Virus record (IMG/VR): IMGVR_UViG_3300018405_000011
Reading direction: 5' to 3' (one strand)
DNA from: a virus
Lineage: Duplodnaviria; Caudoviricetes
DNA length: 64,000 bases
Shown: positions 59,423-64,000 of the stretch, piece by piece
Position numbering within the stretch: position 1 is the first letter of the stretch
Layout of the letters: each line of letters starts with the position of its first letter
Translations under genes and position numbers: made by a program
Notes under the pieces: generated by a model
Database searches by the model: none
Told to the model about the DNA's origin: nothing
The model's input: only the letters and a program-made list of their open reading frames with translations

Positions 59423-59642
59423 GCATGTAAGTGCCTAACTGACCAGCCTTAGTCCCGTTAGGGACTACGTTATCTTAGTTATCATACCCCGGTGTGGCCG
59501 GTCCAGCACCGGGCGCTATGCAGGCTCTGTAAACATACCTAGAGGTAGGGTAAGTCAACCTGGAGAGCCGATTACGGTAAGCTTTGATAACATTGACGAG
59601 GACCACGTAACTGCCCTACGGGCACGTAAAGGGAACGATATT
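59396..59642 (+). ncRNA. omegaRNA scaffold 2
   Basis: Aligns end to end with scaffold 1, with compensatory substitutions in six stems. Confidence 0.85.
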
Positions 59643-61115
59643 ATGTCTAATTCCGTATTCGTCTTAAATGACGATAAAACGCCATTAATGCCGTGTAAAC
59701 CGGCACGGGCGAGATTATTATTAAAACAAGGTAGGGCAGCAGTTTTCAGAAAGCAGCCCTTTACTATCATTATGAAAGAACAGATAGAAAACCCTGTTCT
59801 TGAGAACATTGAGGTAAAGATAGACCCCGGTAGTAAAACCACCGGGATAGCGCTAGTAATGAATACTAAACGTGGAGCTAGATGTATCTGGGGTGCCAAC
59901 CTTAAGCACCGAGGTCAGCAGATACGTGATGCCTTATTGTCCCGCGCTCAAACGCGACGGGGGCGACGCAGTCGTAAACTGCGCTACCGTAAGCCTCGAT
60001 TTTTAAACCGAGTTAAATCTAAAGGGTGGTTGGCGCCCAGTATTTACACTCGAGTAGATAATACCCTCACTTGGGTTAACCGTCTTATGCGCTATTCGCC
60101 AGTGACGTCGGCAGTGGTTGAACTCGTTAAGTTTGATATGCAAAAGATGGAAAACCCGGAGATTGCAGGTAAGGCGTATCAGCGAGGAAGTCTCTTTAAC
60201 TATGAAGTTAAAGAGTATTTACTGTATCGATATAACCACACCTGTCAGTATTGTTCTGGTGCATCTAAAGACCCCATTTTGGAGATTGAACATATTGTTC
60301 CTAGAGCATCAGGTGGTAGCAATCGACTGAGTAACCTGACACTCTCCTGTGCGACATGTAACCGAGAGAAAGGGAAACTGTCTTTGGCTGACTGGAAGGA
60401 TAAATGTACCCACCGAAAAAACCCTATTGACATGAAGCGATTAAAAGGTATTGTTCGAGTGGGACAGAACATTAAGCCCGCACTGAAAGATGCGGCTGCC
60501 GTGAACGCTACTCGATATCGTCTAGTAGCTGAGCTGGACTATCTGGGACTACATACGGAAACCTCAGGAGGACACATTACCAAATATAATCGTAAGCAAC
60601 AGGGTTATCCGAAGGACCATTGGATAGATGCTGCTTTAGTCGGAGAAAGGGGTTCTCACGTTCATATCCCTCCGGAGTTACATCCTTTAATCATTAAAAA
60701 GGTAAAAGTTAATAACCGCCAGATGACAAAGCCTGACAAATATGGCTTCCCTCGAACGAAAGCTAAAGGTCCTTCCCGAGCTTTCGGTTTTAAGACAGGA
60801 GATATCGCGGCTTCCCCGTTTGGCGTGGGGAGGGTGGTCATCCGGACCTCGGGTACTTTTAACGTATTAGGAAGAGATGTTAGCTGGAAGCGTTTAGTCC
60901 ATCTCTCCTTTACTGACGGTTACGAATATGTGGACCAACGCATCGTCAAGATGATTGTTGATAAGCATACTGTAATTAAAGAGGTGTTTGAGAGAGTCAT
61001 ATCAAAAACATTAATTGACGCCGATTCCCTTCTCATAGAAGGTACATTGAATCGTAAAGTAGTTCATGGTATCCGTAGGGACAGTAAAACTAGAGACCAT
61101 ACTAAACTATATTAA
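59643..61115 (+). CDS. iscB: IscB RNA-guided endonuclease 2 (490 aa)
   Basis: PLMP, IDPGSK, RRGRR, VELVKFD, CQYC...EIEHIVP...CNREK and KDHWIDA all intact. Confidence 0.93.
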   Translation: MSNSVFVLNDDKTPLMPCKPARARLLLKQGRAAVFRKQPFTIIMKEQIENPVLENIEVKIDPGSKTTGIALVMNTKRGARCIWGANLKHRGQQIRDALLSRAQTRRGRRSRKLRYRKPRFLNRVKSKGWLAPSIYTRVDNTLTWVNRLMRYSPVTSAVVELVKFDMQKMENPEIAGKAYQRGSLFNYEVKEYLLYRYNHTCQYCSGASKDPILEIEHIVPRASGGSNRLSNLTLSCATCNREKGKLSLADWKDKCTHRKNPIDMKRLKGIVRVGQNIKPALKDAAAVNATRYRLVAELDYLGLHTETSGGHITKYNRKQQGYPKDHWIDAALVGERGSHVHIPPELHPLIIKKVKVNNRQMTKPDKYGFPRTKAKGPSRAFGFKTGDIAASPFGVGRVVIRTSGTFNVLGRDVSWKRLVHLSFTDGYEYVDQRIVKMIVDKHTVIKEVFERVISKTLIDADSLLIEGTLNRKVVHGIRRDSKTRDHTKLY

Positions 61116-61131
61116 TCATAAGGAGTAAACG

Positions 61132-61908
61132 ATGACTCCACGTACCGTAGGAGAAAAGTTAGCGTTTTCAGTAGGGACAGCTATCCCTTTAGAGGAACAC
61201 GTTGTTTCAGATGGGTATAAAGCCGACGCTATTCTGTTAAACGTGAAAACGTTATTTAGAAACTTCTGGGGGGCGTGGCCAAATACCGACCGTCCTCCAG
61301 TACAGCAAATGTTTGAGCTTTTTGTAGAAGAAGTTAGAGACATTATGGCACTGTGTCAAACGATGGGAATAACACCTGTCCTATATCACTTGACTTATGC
61401 CTCACTGAGCAATCGTTATCCGAATGCTACGTTAGTAGTTCCTAAGACCGATAACCAGAAGGCCTATGCCAGCGCCGAAGCAGCTATGATGAAGGTAGCC
61501 ATTAGTCAGTTCCCAGAAATGGTAAAGAGCGATTTAACATTACCGTCTTTTAACGGAAACGTTTATCTGTTAAGTTCATACCCAGTAGACTTACTTAATG
61601 CGCATCGCTATGTATCGTTAAAGTTACTCGAGAGCCATACGGGGAATGTGAAAGGACGCGCTGAGTGGTTTAGTAAACTCAGTAACGCTCCTGAACTACA
61701 ACACCTTCCATTTAACCATTTCATGTTACAGGTATTTGGTGACCGGGCTACTCAGTTTGTAGGCCAATCCCAGAAGATAAAGAAAGCCGTCATTAAACTA
61801 GCACTTTCTCGTAACTGGAATCAGTCTACTACCCTTACCCGTATACGTGAAAATCTCACATCGATTGAAGACAGTGACTTGCGCAAACAGTGCCTGTCAT
61901 TTGTCTAA
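61132..61908 (+). CDS. Conserved chimallivirus core protein (phiKZ gp66-like)
   Basis: NVKTLFRN, YPVDLL, LLESHTG and LPFN...LQVFGD motifs; synteny. Confidence 0.55.
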   Translation: MTPRTVGEKLAFSVGTAIPLEEHVVSDGYKADAILLNVKTLFRNFWGAWPNTDRPPVQQMFELFVEEVRDIMALCQTMGITPVLYHLTYASLSNRYPNATLVVPKTDNQKAYASAEAAMMKVAISQFPEMVKSDLTLPSFNGNVYLLSSYPVDLLNAHRYVSLKLLESHTGNVKGRAEWFSKLSNAPELQHLPFNHFMLQVFGDRATQFVGQSQKIKKAVIKLALSRNWNQSTTLTRIRENLTSIEDSDLRKQCLSFV

Positions 61909-61928
61909 CCCGACAATAAGGATACCCT

Positions 61929-62615
61929 ATGACAGGCTATGTAAAAACCCCACTGAGTCATCGTAAGCTGGCACTTCGAGGTGTTCCCTACTCCGAAGAC
62001 AGTTATAAGGCACCGCAGTTTGTACCCGACATGTTCGCTGGTAACCCGCAGTTAGTTGCCTGGGCAGAGTTTCCAGAAGAAAAAGACAAAGTCGATAGCC
62101 GCACTGGAAAGTCCATGTGGAAGGTACCCATTAAGGCCTCTACAAGCTGGCCTAGACTGCGCAGCTTATTGATGGACATAAAGTCATTGATTGGTAACAG
62201 TGACCCCGTAGTGAGACGCGTAGAGACCCTTACACTACCACCGGACGAAAGCGGTGAAGGAGTAGGCACTGGACGAGTGCATCAGGCCTACATCTATTAT
62301 GGCCGAGCCAAATCTGGGCACTTGTTCATTGCTCTAGAAAACGCAGACCGACCACGATGTACTTTCTTGTTTGAAGAAGACAGTTGGCATAATTACCAAA
62401 GTAAAGAAGACAGTCAGCAGGCTGCCTCTGTACGTTCGGATAATGTGGCGCTGGGGTATATTGATACGCTTATCGATACATACCAGTGGGTCTTTACTAA
62501 CAAGTATGACCCTGACTTCGTTCCAAAACGAAAACCACGCATTCCGCCAAACCCTGTGTACGAAGAGCAACCTAAAACGGAAACGACTCCTGTTGTAACA
62601 GAAGGCTGGGAATAA
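61929..62615 (+). CDS. chmC: ChmC-like phage-nucleus RNA-binding protein (phiKZ gp67 position)
   Basis: Located just before the gp68-like gene; YGRAKSGHLFIAL...RPRCTFLFEEDSWH resembles recalled family motifs. Confidence 0.5.
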   Translation: MTGYVKTPLSHRKLALRGVPYSEDSYKAPQFVPDMFAGNPQLVAWAEFPEEKDKVDSRTGKSMWKVPIKASTSWPRLRSLLMDIKSLIGNSDPVVRRVETLTLPPDESGEGVGTGRVHQAYIYYGRAKSGHLFIALENADRPRCTFLFEEDSWHNYQSKEDSQQAASVRSDNVALGYIDTLIDTYQWVFTNKYDPDFVPKRKPRIPPNPVYEEQPKTETTPVVTEGWE

Positions 62616-62624
62616 AGCGATCAT

Positions 62625-62653
62625 TAGCTACGTCCTTTTAAAGGACGTAGCTA
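62625..62653 (+). terminator. Intrinsic terminator
   Basis: TAGCTACGTCCTT / AAGGACGTAGCTA inverted repeat. Confidence 0.6.
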
Positions 62654-62723
62654 TCCTTCTTTTGCCTTATTTAACGAGGCGCGTGAATTCTCTGGAAGGT
62701 GGCTATTTTCAGCCATTTTTAAA

Positions 62724-62734
62724 ACCTATATTAC
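62724..62734 (+). promoter_or_regulatory. Phage early-type promoter motif
   Basis: AAAACCTATATTAC upstream of 62772. Confidence 0.65.
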
Positions 62735-62771
62735 TCTTATGTATACCCACTATTAACATTAGGAGAACACC

Positions 62772-64000
62772 ATGTCTTTAGCCATATCTATCATACCCGC
62801 CACTAAGCGGCTATCGACTTCCTATAAAGGAAAGGAGATTACGTGGCAGTATAGCGTATGGGGACGGTTAAACACTGAGCCAACCGAGCGTATTTTCGGT
62901 GCGACCAACGACTATCTGGCAACTCTACCCGAAGCCGTTCAAGATGACCTATGGGCGTGTTACGAAGAAGCCAATGATTTATTACTGTCTATTGGTAACT
63001 TAAAAACCTTAGAGTCTGACTTGATTACTATTGTTAACCGTATGTCACAACATTTTGATTTTGACCATCTGCTTAACTGGGCAGTTACCAAAGGTAATAT
63101 TCTACCAGACACTAATATTGAAGAGCGCAACAACACGACTAACCCTGACTCAATGCACTATGTTCGCCAAGACGCTCATGAAATGGCGGTGTTCTGCGTA
63201 CTGGTAAAACTCATTACGCCAATCTGGGGACCATACATCAACCATGTTAAAGACGAAGTAGGCAATCTACAAAAAGAACGTATTGCTGCGCGTATCTTTG
63301 CAAAGTCTGCGTTTTCTGAAATGCGCCCATATGTACGCATTCAAGATTACCTAACCATACTTGCAGAAGTCAAAACCAAAAACATCAATACAGCAATGAT
63401 GTATGGCCTGCCAAAAACAGACCTAGACAGTTTCCTGATGGGGTTAACACTGACTCGTCGTTTTACGGTTATCCCGCTGCGTGCAAAGGGACAGCCGTCA
63501 ATTGTAGCCTATGTCTTTAAGTTCCTAGAAGACAAAATCACGCAATTAGGAAACGGACCATATCGTGACAAGTTCCCATTAGGACAAGGGACATCACAGG
63601 AATCCGACAGCTTTGCTGACCAGTACCGTATCTCTCAAGATGTATCGGACATGATACCGATTGAGATAGAGTACTATTTGGAAGATGTTCCTCGTATCTG
63701 TGAAACCATGGGACTCGATGAAACAGGCCTAGAAGACGTCGTAGCACTGCGCCGTGCTCTAAAGGAAAACAAACGTTTTAAAATTATTGACGTTATCCAT
63801 GAAGTGATTCCGGCGTTAGTGTTTAGACACGTTGTCTCACCTGCCCTGCATCGTCATCTATGCCGTGACGCACGATTAACCTTAATCGCCGTTACTGCGG
63901 TATACTGCCATGTACGTGGCTTAACAGATATCACTCGACTGCTTACGGCAGTTAAACAACCATTAGACCTTACTGAAATGGAGATGGGGACTCAAAATGG
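62772..64000 (+). CDS. nvRNAP promoter-specificity subunit (phiKZ gp68-like), partial
   Basis: Open to the window end, so absent from the ORF track. AGGAG RBS; MSLAISII...KLITPIWGPYI...; position after the ChmC-like gene. Confidence 0.65.
   Translation, partial: MSLAISIIPATKRLSTSYKGKEITWQYSVWGRLNTEPTERIFGATNDYLATLPEAVQDDLWACYEEANDLLLSIGNLKTLESDLITIVNRMSQHFDFDHLLNWAVTKGNILPDTNIEERNNTTNPDSMHYVRQDAHEMAVFCVLVKLITPIWGPYINHVKDEVGNLQKERIAARIFAKSAFSEMRPYVRIQDYLTILAEVKTKNINTAMMYGLPKTDLDSFLMGLTLTRRFTVIPLRAKGQPSIVAYVFKFLEDKITQLGNGPYRDKFPLGQGTSQESDSFADQYRISQDVSDMIPIEIEYYLEDVPRICETMGLDETGLEDVVALRRALKENKRFKIIDVIHEVIPALVFRHVVSPALHRHLCRDARLTLIAVTAVYCHVRGLTDITRLLTAVKQPLDLTEMEMGTQN

Larger units (their letters stand above)
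59396..61117 (+). mobile_element. IscB (OMEGA) element 2, lacking a recognisable right-end hairpin
   Basis: Left end GTCAGTAACCTCCCCCTAAAGGGGTAGG, omegaRNA, iscB; no CTAAAG hairpin after the stop. The right boundary is inferred. Confidence 0.8.

Noticed and set aside
4823-64000. Many 60-240 aa antisense or out-of-frame ORFs (e.g. 6444..7043, 8288..9016, 15292..15684, 42223..42636)
   Set aside because: They lie inside well-supported genes, lack RBSs and have shadow-frame composition.
1-64000. tRNA, rRNA, CRISPR array or TnpA transposase
   Set aside because: By eye I found no cloverleaf with T-loop GTTCRA, no regularly spaced direct repeats and no HUH Y1 motif ORF. tRNAscan-SE and a CRISPR finder would confirm.

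Overview
This is a 64-kb segment of a nucleus-forming, phiKZ-like jumbo phage (Chimalliviridae-type). In order it holds: (1) the virion RNA polymerase / head-maturation block (partial gp181-like gene, beta' split by an ORF-less group I intron, beta, prohead protease); (2) an early cluster of small membrane proteins; (3) the tail tube/sheath/baseplate/terminase block; (4) an accessory region with a CCA-adding enzyme, macrodomain-like proteins, degenerate homing-endonuclease derivatives and a 1.1-kb hairpin-rich non-coding tract; (5) PhuZ tubulin, an array of ten small coupled ORFs and a family B DNA polymerase; (6) the nuclear-shell block with chimallin, an oligoribonuclease-like gene, non-virion RNAP beta' split by an HNH-carrying group I intron, an SbcD-like nuclease, and ChmC-like and gp68-like genes. 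The standout is two catalytically intact IscB + omegaRNA (OMEGA) elements inserted into the last codons of two core genes of the shell block. Their guides are the host-gene 3' ends, and both reconstructed empty sites place an ATAAR motif next to the guide. phiKZ/SPN3US gene numbers are recalled from motif memory and synteny, not from database searches. No tRNA, rRNA, CRISPR array or TnpA gene was seen.
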